This document shows, piece after piece, positions 45,873-54,526 of a DNA stretch of 64,000 nucleotides; positions within the stretch are counted from its first letter, which is position 1, and each line of letters starts with the position of its first letter. Source of the stretch: Candidatus Peribacteria bacterium (GTDB lineage: Bacteria; Patescibacteriota; Gracilibacteria; Peribacterales; Peribacteraceae); the NCBI GenBank assembly GCA_043776335.1, contig JAYVRL010000006.1, forward strand, positions 33,011 to 97,010, given 5' to 3'. The notes beneath the pieces are model-generated. The model was given only the letters and a program-made list of their open reading frames with translations. It made no database searches and was not told the DNA's origin. The translations under genes and the position numbers were made by a program.

Positions 45873-47272
45873 AGATGTCGCATGTGAGTTATGGCTTTCT
45901 GCTGAGCTTTCTTGCGAGTCTCGCCGCGGTCCACTGGGCGCCCTTTCCCGCGGCGCTCGGCATCTTCTTTGTCACGCTCGCACTCGGTCTTCTCTTGGTG
46001 AAAAAAACTTCCATCGGCACCGTGACGGCCTGCATCGTCGGGATCGGAGTGGCAATGATCGTCGTGTGGATGTCGACGCATGTGACGACCGTGCAAGACG
46101 TCGAAGCGTATGCGAACGGTGAAACGGTGACGATCCACGGCCGTATCAGCGATGCCCCCGACGTCCGTCCGACCGTCACGAAGCTGACGATTGAAACTGA
46201 TCGTATGACTGACGGAAGCGGAAAAACAATGGTCGTGACGGGGAAAGTGCTCGTCAATGACTACGGCGGATGGCCCGCGCACATCTACGGAGAACGAATC
46301 ACGGTGAAAGGAAAATTGAAACGCCCCGAACCGATCGACACCTTCGCGTACGACGATTATCTGAGCGTGCGCGATGTCTATGCGGTGATCACCCGCGGAT
46401 CAGTGCAAACGGCGAACGACGAATCAATGCGCACCCCCACGGTCGCCGGTCGTCTGCTCGGAAGCCTCTTCTCCATTCGCACGCGCTTCGAAGAAGAGAT
46501 CAATCAAATCCTGCCCGAACCACACGCGTCGCTCCTCGCGGGGCTGCTCACCGGCACGCGTCGCGGCATCCCGAAACACCTGACCGACGATTTTCGCTTC
46601 GCCGGCATCACGCACATCATCGCGATTTCGGGCTACAACGTGACGATCATCCTCGCGCTGCTCTCCGGACTCCTCTTTTGGATCCCGCTCAAGAAACGAT
46701 TTCCAATCCTCGTGATCGGCATCGTCGCGTTCGCGTTCTTTGTCGGATCATCGCCGTCCGTCGTCCGCGCGACGGTCATGGGCATCCTCGGTCTTTTGGC
46801 TCTGCAAAGCGGTCGCCAGACCACCGTGCGCCTCACAATCCTCTGGGCCGCGTTCTTCATGCTGTGCTGGAATCCGAAATATCTGTGGTTCGACGCCAGT
46901 TTCCAGCTCAGCTTCCTCGCGGTCATCGGCCTGAGCGAGCTCAGTGAACCGCTCAAGAAGATTTTAAAGCGAGTGCCGGAAACGCTGGCGCTGAAAGAAT
47001 CACTCATCGCCACGATCGCCGCGCAGATCGCGACGTTGCCGCTGACGATAGTGCTGTTTCGGCAAATTTCTCTCGTCGCTCCGATCACGAACGTGCTGGT
47101 CGCACCGCTGATCCCGCTCGCGATGCTCGTCGGATTCATCGCGACGACCCTGAGCTTCGTCTGGATGCCGCTGGGCCTGCTCATCGGATACGTCACATGG
47201 GCGCTCCTGCAAGTCATCATCTGGATCGCGGAAATCTGCGCGCACATGCCGCTTGCGGTCATCACTTGGTAA
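45869..47272 (+). CDS. comEC: ComEC/Rec2-family competence channel protein (no beta-lactamase domain)
   Basis: The ATG overlaps the rsmA stop (ATGA). N-terminal TMs plus an OB-like DUF4131 region, then the competence domain (FRFAGITHIIAISGYNVTI..., PSVVRATVMG). Confidence 0.8.
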   Translation: MKMSHVSYGFLLSFLASLAAVHWAPFPAALGIFFVTLALGLLLVKKTSIGTVTACIVGIGVAMIVVWMSTHVTTVQDVEAYANGETVTIHGRISDAPDVRPTVTKLTIETDRMTDGSGKTMVVTGKVLVNDYGGWPAHIYGERITVKGKLKRPEPIDTFAYDDYLSVRDVYAVITRGSVQTANDESMRTPTVAGRLLGSLFSIRTRFEEEINQILPEPHASLLAGLLTGTRRGIPKHLTDDFRFAGITHIIAISGYNVTIILALLSGLLFWIPLKKRFPILVIGIVAFAFFVGSSPSVVRATVMGILGLLALQSGRQTTVRLTILWAAFFMLCWNPKYLWFDASFQLSFLAVIGLSELSEPLKKILKRVPETLALKESLIATIAAQIATLPLTIVLFRQISLVAPITNVLVAPLIPLAMLVGFIATTLSFVWMPLGLLIGYVTWALLQVIIWIAEICAHMPLAVITW

Positions 47273-47828
47273 TCTTCCTCCAGATGTAACGATAGATTTT
47301 GCTTTTCCCGAAAGGCATCTCAACCAATTCCTCCTGATCAAAGGACATGTCCGGCACGCGGAACGCATGCGTGATGACGCGAGCGCCGTCTTTGAGCTCA
47401 GCATCGAATTTCGGCTTCAGCATCTTCATGGATGCGATCGACAAATAGGTGAAGATCACGTCCGCCTTCGAAAAATCAGCCTTCATGAAATTCTCGCGAA
47501 GCATCTTCACCTTGCTGTGACGCAAACACAGAAGTGCCTGCGCGAGCAACCACACGCCGAGCGCGCCTTCATATCCGATGCCTTTAATCTTCGGCTCGCG
47601 TTTCTCCGCACGCATCAACACTCGTCCGTCGCCGGCTCCGAGATCCAGCACGATCTGACCGGGCTTCAGTTCGGCAAGATCGATCATACCTTCGATGACG
47701 GAACGGGGTGTCGGAACGAACGGAACCATGCACCACGCGTGAAAAGCGACGCTGACAACGATGAGCACGAGAAAAACGAGCAGCGAAATGAGTACCACCC
47801 ACGCGGCTGCGAGTGTCAGGATCTCCAT
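47262..47828 (-). CDS. membrane-anchored class I SAM-dependent methyltransferase
   Basis: N-terminal TM, then the VLDLGAGDGRVLM glycine-rich SAM motif. The start overlaps the upstream stop (TAATG). Confidence 0.75.
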   Translation of the reverse strand: MEILTLAAAWVVLISLLVFLVLIVVSVAFHAWCMVPFVPTPRSVIEGMIDLAELKPGQIVLDLGAGDGRVLMRAEKREPKIKGIGYEGALGVWLLAQALLCLRHSKVKMLRENFMKADFSKADVIFTYLSIASMKMLKPKFDAELKDGARVITHAFRVPDMSFDQEELVEMPFGKSKIYRYIWRKITK

Positions 47829-48229
47829 TACGCCGGCATGAGAATGCCGAGATACGTGAAGAGCGCTCCTCCGAGCACCATCAAGAAACCGACGAACATC
47901 TGGATCGCGGGGGTGTCGAAAAAGTATTCCTCATACCGCTCGCGCATCTTCGAATACTTGGCGGGCCACCATGCCATGAACAAGCTCTTGGCGAGGACAA
48001 ACCACGCCACCGCGACGATCAAACCTTCCCCGTCGCCCGAGATCACCCATTGACGTCGGAGCGTGATGGCGGCGAGCATCGTAAACGCCATGCCGATGAT
48101 GCGCATCATGTTCTCGTCCTTCATGAACTTCTTGCGCCACGTGAGATGTTTCTCATCGCAAAAGACGAGCGGGAAGCCGAAGACGTAACAGAAGACGCCG
48201 ACGACGAGGGAAAAACCGGAGAGTGACAT
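47828..48229 (-). CDS. small polytopic membrane protein, unknown function
   Basis: ORF 47828..48262 starts at TTG in the track. ATG 48229 (MSLSGFSLVVGVF...) is preferred. Four hydrophobic helices. Confidence 0.5.
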   Translation of the reverse strand: MSLSGFSLVVGVFCYVFGFPLVFCDEKHLTWRKKFMKDENMMRIIGMAFTMLAAITLRRQWVISGDGEGLIVAVAWFVLAKSLFMAWWPAKYSKMRERYEEYFFDTPAIQMFVGFLMVLGGALFTYLGILMPA

Positions 48230-48415
48230 ACAGGGTTTCGGAAGAGCGTAAATTGTCGTCAATTGTCATCCACAAGAGAGAAATTGACAATTGACAATGA
48301 ACGATCGACAATTCGCCACGCTCATTCGCAGCAAACACTCTTCGGAGCATTTCGAAGCAATCCGCGCATGGAGCAAGGAAAACAGCTACACTATTTGCTC
48401 GGTCTTTCCATCTTC

Positions 48416-48490
48416 GGCCCCATCGTCTAATGGTTAGGACAGCGGGTTTTCAATCCGTTAACGGGAGTTCAATTCTCCCTGGGGCTGCCA
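48416..48490 (+). tRNA. tRNA-Glu (anticodon UUC), CCA encoded
   Basis: GGCCCCATCGTCTAATGGTTAGGACAGCGGGTTTTCAATCCGTTAACGGGAGTTCAATTCTCCCTGGGGCTGCCA. Folds as a cloverleaf with anticodon loop TTTTCAA. Confidence 0.9.
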
Positions 48491-49424
48491 CATTTACTTC
48501 CATAAAACTTTGTGTTGATCGATAATAATGTTCGGAAATGCGTTGTTTTTCTTTTTTACAAAAAAGAAGGAGGATATAAGTTAGCTGGAACGGGATTTTT
48601 CTATGGGACTCCCTTCACTGATGGTAGCGATCGAAACTTTGTAAATGTTGTTACTGCTAAACACGTCATTCAAGGAATTCAGAGTAAATCGGAGGATCAA
48701 AAAGTTTATTTTCGAATTAATGACAGTGATGGATTGAAGTGGTCTGCAATGGAAACGAGTAAGTGGCTGTTTCATCCTTCCGATGAATCGGTAGACGTTG
48801 CAGTTACTCTTTTTGAATATTGGACACCACAAATAGACCATTTAATGCTAAATGACTCTTCAGTCGTGACTCCTGAATTAGTTAAGAATGAAAGTATTGG
48901 ATTAGGCGATGAAATATATATTGCTGGTTTATTTCGTAACCACTACGGCTCGCTAAAAAATATCCCGATCATACGAATAGGAAATATTGCAGCAATGCGA
49001 GAAGAAAAGGTCAATTTTCGAGGGCAAGCTGTTGATGCTTATTTAATAGAAAGTAGATCAATCGGCGGATTAAGCGGCTCCTTAGTGTTTGTGAATATGG
49101 GTTTACATCGCCGAATAGATGGCACAATTAAACAATCTACGGGAGAGATATTACGTTGGTTGGGGCTTATATCGGGCCATTGGGATATCGATGAGGAATC
49201 TATTGATTCAACTACTGAAGATGAAGGTACGAAAAATATAAACATGGGTATAGCTGTTGTTGTACCGGTAGATCGTATTTTGGAAGTAATAAATCAGCCC
49301 TCGCTAGTTGCTGCCAGAGCTCTCGCCATGACTTAGTATTTTTGATTTTAATACTCTTAAAAACCTTGTAACAATGAACCATTGCCTCAAAAACACCTGT
49401 TTGAAAAAGCCGTGGGGCTGCCAC
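48480..49424 (+). mobile_element. AT-rich integrative-element remnant at the tRNA-Glu 3' end, bounded by a 12-nt direct repeat
   Basis: TGGGGCTGCCAC at 48480-48491 (tRNA 3' end) is repeated exactly at 49413-49424. The intervening DNA is clearly AT-rich relative to the flanks. No integrase is present. Confidence 0.5.
48512..49336 (+). CDS. cytoplasmic trypsin/chymotrypsin-fold serine peptidase (Trypsin_2-like)
   Basis: 274 aa with a GTG start. His-Asp-Ser order: VVTAKHVIQG, ESVDVAVTLF, SIGGLSGSLVF. No signal peptide. AT-rich codon usage unlike its neighbours. Confidence 0.6.
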   Translation: MLIDNNVRKCVVFLFYKKEGGYKLAGTGFFYGTPFTDGSDRNFVNVVTAKHVIQGIQSKSEDQKVYFRINDSDGLKWSAMETSKWLFHPSDESVDVAVTLFEYWTPQIDHLMLNDSSVVTPELVKNESIGLGDEIYIAGLFRNHYGSLKNIPIIRIGNIAAMREEKVNFRGQAVDAYLIESRSIGGLSGSLVFVNMGLHRRIDGTIKQSTGEILRWLGLISGHWDIDEESIDSTTEDEGTKNINMGIAVVVPVDRILEVINQPSLVAARALAMT

Positions 49425-49629
49425 TCTTAAATCTAAAAAAATATCGATCCGATGTGATTCCGTGTATCTCTCCATCAGAGCGAAATCTACGTCACATGAA
49501 ATAAGTCGCTACTCTTTGGGCAGAGGCTCATCGTCGAAAGGCTCTTCATCCGTCCACGTATCGCCGTACGCTTCGAGGTAATAATCGACCTTCACTTCTT
49601 CGAGCGGCGCATACGCCTTCGCCTGCGGA

Positions 49630-50826
49630 TCATATCGGAAGAGTCTCTCGCTGAGACGCAACGTGTACGGGACGCCTTTCGCCTGCAAGGCGCACTCGAC
49701 CCGTGTACGCCACGGGCATCACGACGTCGTGGGTGTGATCATGCTTGTGCAGGAACATCGCTGCGGGAAGATCGGGCGTGCGAACGGTGACGACTCTCTG
49801 TCCGACGCCGTCGTTTTTATCGAGCTCCGCGACGAACCCCGACGACCTTGCGAGCGCGAGCATGTGCTCTTGCAAGTACTCCGTCGTGCCTTCATTGCGA
49901 TTGTTGTCCATTTGCATGTCCATCTTTCCCGACGTCATGCGCGGATAAAACGTCGTGCCTTTGCGCGCATCAGCCATGACGAACGTGTGAAGCGCGGCAT
50001 TGCTGCGGTCGGGAAAATCGCAATAGCCGATCTCCTCGAGGAATGCCTGCGCATCGGGCATCGATTCCACGAACACTTCAAATGACGGCTCATCGGGGCG
50101 TTCTTTCAACCACTGACTGTACAAATCGTAGAGCTGCAACGTGGCGGGAACGGGGAACTCTTTGCCGGGACGACGTTTGGATTCAAGCACCGCCAGCGGA
50201 GTAGGACTTCCTTTCCGCGCGTACAAGGCGTCGGCAAGGAACGGACGAACGTCATCGGGGATCGGAAAATCCGAAAATCGCGCGACGGTTTCGGTAAGCC
50301 CATGGTCGCGTGAGGAATCCTGAAGGAACGATTGGTTGATCACATCCTGAAGGTATGCGGCGCATTGCGGCAGCGCCGAGACGTGCGTCACGGGGCGATG
50401 AGCCAAGAACCGCTCGATCAGCAGCGGAGTGCCGAGGCCATAGTGAAGAACAATCTCACGTTCTTCGGGCGTGACCGGAGGCACGGCCTCATCCAGCCAT
50501 GCGTTCGTTTCATTCAACGTCAGGTTCCTGAGTACGACGGTCTGAGGATGTAGATCGATCTTCTTAGCGATGAGCTCCGGATTTGAACCCGGAAGCGCGA
50601 GAAGAATCTTTTTCGATGCCGCTGCGACGGCTTGTTGAATTTTTTCCACATTGAAAAACAATGTGCCGATTTCGAACGCCGCGCCTTCAGACTCATTCGC
50701 AAGCACTCGATCGGCCACAAGGCTTTTACCCGAACCGCTGAGCCCTTGAAGGATCACCGCACCACAATCTTCTGCCAGAAGTTGCGTCAACAATTGTTCC
50801 GCCTCGCGTTGTGAAGAAGAAAGCAT
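49630..50826 (-). CDS. P-loop NTPase of unknown function (3' end apparently frameshifted; coding signal continues to 49510)
   Basis: ORF 49630..50943 trimmed to ATG 50826. TTGCAA-18-TAGAAT ends 7 nt upstream. Walker A motif ILQGLSGSGKS. See the frameshift finding. Confidence 0.6.
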   Translation of the reverse strand: MLSSSQREAEQLLTQLLAEDCGAVILQGLSGSGKSLVADRVLANESEGAAFEIGTLFFNVEKIQQAVAAASKKILLALPGSNPELIAKKIDLHPQTVVLRNLTLNETNAWLDEAVPPVTPEEREIVLHYGLGTPLLIERFLAHRPVTHVSALPQCAAYLQDVINQSFLQDSSRDHGLTETVARFSDFPIPDDVRPFLADALYARKGSPTPLAVLESKRRPGKEFPVPATLQLYDLYSQWLKERPDEPSFEVFVESMPDAQAFLEEIGYCDFPDRSNAALHTFVMADARKGTTFYPRMTSGKMDMQMDNNRNEGTTEYLQEHMLALARSSGFVAELDKNDGVGQRVVTVRTPDLPAAMFLHKHDHTHDVVMPVAYTGRVRLAGERRPVHVASQRETLPI

Positions 50827-50833
50827 GGAAGAT

Positions 50834-50863
50834 ATTCTATACGTCTTTTCATGATTTTTGCAA
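50834..50863 (-). promoter_or_regulatory. promoter of the P-loop NTPase gene (TTGCAA-18-TAGAAT), leaderless geometry
   Basis: Minus-strand TAGAAT is plus 50834-50839. The palindromic TTGCAA at 50858-50863 can also serve as -35 for the divergent plus-strand gene (TATACT at 50883-50888). Confidence 0.45.
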
Positions 50864-50896
50864 AGGATGAACGGAACTTTGTTATACTGCAAGTTC

Positions 50897-51640
50897 ATGC
50901 GCCTTTCATCCGTCACCGCCATCGGCCTTCTCTTCTGCAGCACACTTCTCGGCGGCTGCGGAACGAAAAAACCGTCGTTTCAGCCGCCTGTCGTCGTGTT
51001 CGATTCGCCGTCGGCGCAGAGTTCGACCGCGTCCGTCACGACGTCTTCGATGCGATCGTCCGAAGCGAAGGCTCCACCCGCGAGTGTCCTGATCAAAGTG
51101 CCATTCTCGCCGCAAGCGCCGAACGCCAACTGGGACGCGCTGCACGAAGAAGCCTGCGAAGAAATGTCCCTCATCATGGTGCGACACTACCTCGATGGCG
51201 TGCCGCTGAGTTCGGCGGACGCCGAAAAAGAAGTGCAGGCGATGATCGCATGGGAACACGCGAACGGCTACGGCGACGACGTGACGATCGCGAAGCTCGG
51301 TGACATCGCGAAAGCACTGTATGGATCGCACGTCCGCGTCCTCGAGAATGTCACGGCGGACGATCTGCGCCGCGAACTGGCACAAGGGCATCCCGTCATC
51401 ATCCCCGCCGCGGGACGCCTGCTCGGGAATCCGTACTTCAGCGGGGAAGGCCCGTGGTACCACATGCTCGTCGTGACCGGATACATCGAAAACGGATTCA
51501 TCACGAATGATCCCGGCACCAAGCGCGGCGAAAAATATCTGTACACGAAGGACGTCCTGCTTGCCGCCATTCACGATTGGACGGGCGTGAAAGAAGAAAT
51601 CACACAAGGCCAGAAGAAGGCGTTGGTGATCGAAAAATAA
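50897..51640 (+). CDS. lipoprotein with peptidase C39-like (C39_2/BtrH-like) domain
   Basis: ORF trimmed to ATG 50897. Lipobox LLFCSTLLGGC. VPFSPQAPNANWDALHEEACEEMSLIMV and HMLVVTGY...ITNDPG fit the Cys/His papain-like C39_2 pattern. Confidence 0.6.
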   Translation: MRLSSVTAIGLLFCSTLLGGCGTKKPSFQPPVVVFDSPSAQSSTASVTTSSMRSSEAKAPPASVLIKVPFSPQAPNANWDALHEEACEEMSLIMVRHYLDGVPLSSADAEKEVQAMIAWEHANGYGDDVTIAKLGDIAKALYGSHVRVLENVTADDLRRELAQGHPVIIPAAGRLLGNPYFSGEGPWYHMLVVTGYIENGFITNDPGTKRGEKYLYTKDVLLAAIHDWTGVKEEITQGQKKALVIEK

Positions 51641-51714
51641 TTCCATCGTTGCCAAGCCAAGCCGACATCCGTCACGAACTGGCGATTCGCGCGTCACAGT
51701 TTTATAGTCTCCTC

Positions 51715-52533
51715 ATGTCCGCGATGCACGCAAACTCCGGCTCGATGATCACGGTGAGCAATCTCGTGAAGAAATTCGGCGAGCTTACGGCGGTGAACGG
51801 CATTTCGTTCGAGGTGCGAACGGGCGAAATCTTCGCGTTTCTCGGACCCAACGGCGCAGGCAAAACGACGACGATCAAAATGCTGACGACACTCCTGACC
51901 CCGACGAGCGGGGAAATTTTGCTCAACGGTCACAGCCCGATCGACGATCAGGCGGCGGTGCGCACATCCTTCGGCATCGTGTTTCAAGATCCGAGTCTGG
52001 ACGACGAACTGACCGCATGGGAAAATCTCGAATTGCACGGTGTGCTCTACGGCGTGCCGAAAGCACTGCGACGATCGCGCATGAAAGAGCTTATGGACAT
52101 CGTCGGCCTCAGCGACCGCACGCATGATCTCGTGAAACATTTCTCGGGCGGGATGAAGCGTCGGCTGGAGATCGCCCGCGGCCTGCTCCATCATCCGAAA
52201 ATTCTGTTCCTCGACGAACCGACGATCGGCCTCGACCCGCAAACCAGAAATCATCTCTGGCAATACGTGACGGATCTGAACGAGAAAGAAAACATCACGG
52301 TGTTTCTCACGACGCATTACATGGAAGAAGCCGAGAAAGTCGCACATCGCATCGCGGTGATGGATCACGGCGTCATCGTGGCCATCGGCTCATCGGAGGA
52401 ACTGAAAGCGAAAACCGAAACGTCGAGTCTGGAAGACGCGTTCCTGAAGCTCACGGGCGGCTCCATCCGCGATGAAGACGCCAGTCCGATCGACAGTCTC
52501 CGCTCCCACGCCCGCATGTGGCGACGCCGCTGA
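51715..52533 (+). CDS. ABC transporter ATP-binding protein (ABC-2/DrrA-like)
   Basis: ORF trimmed to ATG 51715. Walker A GPNGAGKTT, signature FSGGMKRRLEIA, Walker B ILFLDEPT. Confidence 0.9.
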   Translation: MSAMHANSGSMITVSNLVKKFGELTAVNGISFEVRTGEIFAFLGPNGAGKTTTIKMLTTLLTPTSGEILLNGHSPIDDQAAVRTSFGIVFQDPSLDDELTAWENLELHGVLYGVPKALRRSRMKELMDIVGLSDRTHDLVKHFSGGMKRRLEIARGLLHHPKILFLDEPTIGLDPQTRNHLWQYVTDLNEKENITVFLTTHYMEEAEKVAHRIAVMDHGVIVAIGSSEELKAKTETSSLEDAFLKLTGGSIRDEDASPIDSLRSHARMWRRR

Positions 52534-52544
52534 TCCCTCTTTCC

Positions 52545-53291
52545 ATGTCCGTCATCTACATCCTCTGGCTCAGGCAAATCAAACGCTACCTTCGGTCGCG
52601 CGCCCGCATCGTGGGATCGCTCGGCCAACCGCTGCTCTTCCTCTTCGCGCTCGGCTACGGCCTCGGTCCGATCTACGAGAAAGCCGGTGGCGGGAACTAC
52701 ATCGAATTTCTGGCGCCCGGCGTCATCGCGATGAGCATTTTGTTCACGGCGGTCTTCTCGGGCATCGAGATCATCTGGGATCGCCAATTCGGATTCCTGA
52801 AGGAAACGCTCGTCGCTCCGGTCCCGCGCATCACCATCATGATCGGCCGCACCCTCGGCGGAGCGACCGTGGCGTTGATGCAAGGCGTGATCGTCTTCCT
52901 CATCACGCTTGTCGGAGGATTCCGTCCCGACAGTCTCGCGCTGGTGCCCGTCGCTCTCTGCATCATGTTCTTGATCGCGCTCCTCTTCACCGCCCTCGGC
53001 ACCGCCATCGCCTCGGTGCTGGAAGACTTCCAAGGATTCCAACTCATCATGAACTTCCTCGTGATGCCCCTCTTTTTCCTCTCCGGCGCGCTCTTCCCGC
53101 TCGACAATCTGCCGCGGTTCATCGCCGTGATCACGCGAATCGATCCGCTGACGTACGGCGTCGACGCGCTGCGCGCGAGCCTCATCGGCGCATCGCACTT
53201 CGGCCTCGGCCTCGATGTCGCGATACTCGTCGGCGTGACGACGTTTTTCATGTTCCTCGGCAGTTACCTGTTCTCGAAGATTCAGGCCTGA
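52545..53291 (+). CDS. ABC-2 type transporter permease
   Basis: Immediately downstream of the ATPase. Six hydrophobic helices. N-terminus RQIKRYLRSRARIVGSLGQPLLFL is typical of ABC-2 permeases. GTG 52518 is an alternative start. Confidence 0.8.
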   Translation: MSVIYILWLRQIKRYLRSRARIVGSLGQPLLFLFALGYGLGPIYEKAGGGNYIEFLAPGVIAMSILFTAVFSGIEIIWDRQFGFLKETLVAPVPRITIMIGRTLGGATVALMQGVIVFLITLVGGFRPDSLALVPVALCIMFLIALLFTALGTAIASVLEDFQGFQLIMNFLVMPLFFLSGALFPLDNLPRFIAVITRIDPLTYGVDALRASLIGASHFGLGLDVAILVGVTTFFMFLGSYLFSKIQA

Positions 53292-53298
53292 TCCGCGA

Positions 53299-54483
53299 CT
53301 ACTCGACGTACAGCAACAAACTCTTCAGATAATCGATTTCTGGGTGATAAATGTTCACCGGATGATCGTACGCATGATGATGCCGTTGCAAGATGCGCAC
53401 GGATCGGTTGGCTTGTCTCGCCGCATGGAACACGATGGTCTGAAAGATCTCGGGCGTGATCTGATACGAACACGAACACGTCAGGAGCAGACCTCCGGGC
53501 GGAAGGATCTCCATCGCCATGCGGTTCAGATCCGTGTACGCGTGCTTGGCGAGATCGAGCTCCGTTTCGCGTTTTGCAAACGCCGGCGGATCGAGAATGA
53601 TGAAGTCATACGCGCGCGGCTGCGGCCTGCGACGGAGAAAATCGAACGCGTCTTCGCAGTACGTGCCCATCTGACTTTCATCGAACCCGTTGAGCTCGCG
53701 CTGCTTTTTTGCGATCTCGATCGCCTCGGCATCGTAATCCACCGCATCCGCCGCAACGGCTCCTCCGCTCAAAGCCGCGAGAGAAAATCCGCCGACGTAA
53801 CTGCAGACATCCAGAACCGTCTGACCCGCTGCGAACTCCCGCACGAGCGAACGCATCTCCCGCTGATCGAGAAAGAGTCCGGTCTTCTGGCTCTCGGTAA
53901 GCGAAATCATGAATTTGAGTCCGCGCTCCGTGGCCATGAGTGTGCTGTCGCCTTTACCACGAATCCAACCCTCGCGCTCACCGAGACCTTCTTTTCGACG
54001 CGCGGGGCCCGTGGATTTCTCGTAGATCGCGCTCGGCTTCGCGAGCTCCATGAGTCGGTCCGCGATCCACGCGCTCAGCTGATCCATGCCGACGGTCGTG
54101 AACTGCACGACCAGCGTCGTGCCGTACCGATCGACGATCAGTCCCGGAATGGCGTCGCCTTCGGCGTTGATGAGACGAACCGCGTCGCTGTCGCGAAGAG
54201 ACGGCAATTTGTCACGGAGTTCCACTGCTCTCTTGATGAGCCTGCGAAGCTGCGCCATCGGCTCGGATTTTTCGAAGGCAAAGGTGCGCGCGCACAGATA
54301 CGAACGATTGTTCACCGTGGCATAACACAAAAATTCGCCGACACTGCTCTGCACTTCCACGATCGCGCCGTTCTGCGTCACGGGATACGTCGCGACCGAC
54401 GTGCGATAGATCGCATGATGACGATTTTGCACGTGCACCTCGCTGCCGAGCTTGAGAGTGAGGATCGGAAAAGTCTGCGTCAT
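53299..54483 (-). CDS. PUA-domain class I SAM-dependent rRNA (cytosine-C5) methyltransferase, RlmI-like
   Basis: 394 aa. N-terminal PUA-like region, SAM motif VLDVCSYVGGFSLAA, DPPAFAK catalytic motif. Confidence 0.8.
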   Translation of the reverse strand: MTQTFPILTLKLGSEVHVQNRHHAIYRTSVATYPVTQNGAIVEVQSSVGEFLCYATVNNRSYLCARTFAFEKSEPMAQLRRLIKRAVELRDKLPSLRDSDAVRLINAEGDAIPGLIVDRYGTTLVVQFTTVGMDQLSAWIADRLMELAKPSAIYEKSTGPARRKEGLGEREGWIRGKGDSTLMATERGLKFMISLTESQKTGLFLDQREMRSLVREFAAGQTVLDVCSYVGGFSLAALSGGAVAADAVDYDAEAIEIAKKQRELNGFDESQMGTYCEDAFDFLRRRPQPRAYDFIILDPPAFAKRETELDLAKHAYTDLNRMAMEILPPGGLLLTCSCSYQITPEIFQTIVFHAARQANRSVRILQRHHHAYDHPVNIYHPEIDYLKSLLLYVE

Positions 54484-54526
54484 GAGGAGCTCAGACGGTA
54501 CCAGAAAAAAGCCGACGAAGCGACCA

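Noticed and set aside
49212-49475. 87-aa minus-strand ORF in the AT-rich islet
   Set aside because: About half of it overlaps the 3' end of the protease gene in antisense. It has no motif and no RBS or promoter. Long ORFs arise easily by chance in AT-rich sequence lacking GC-rich stops. I cannot fully exclude a short product from its first ~45 codons.
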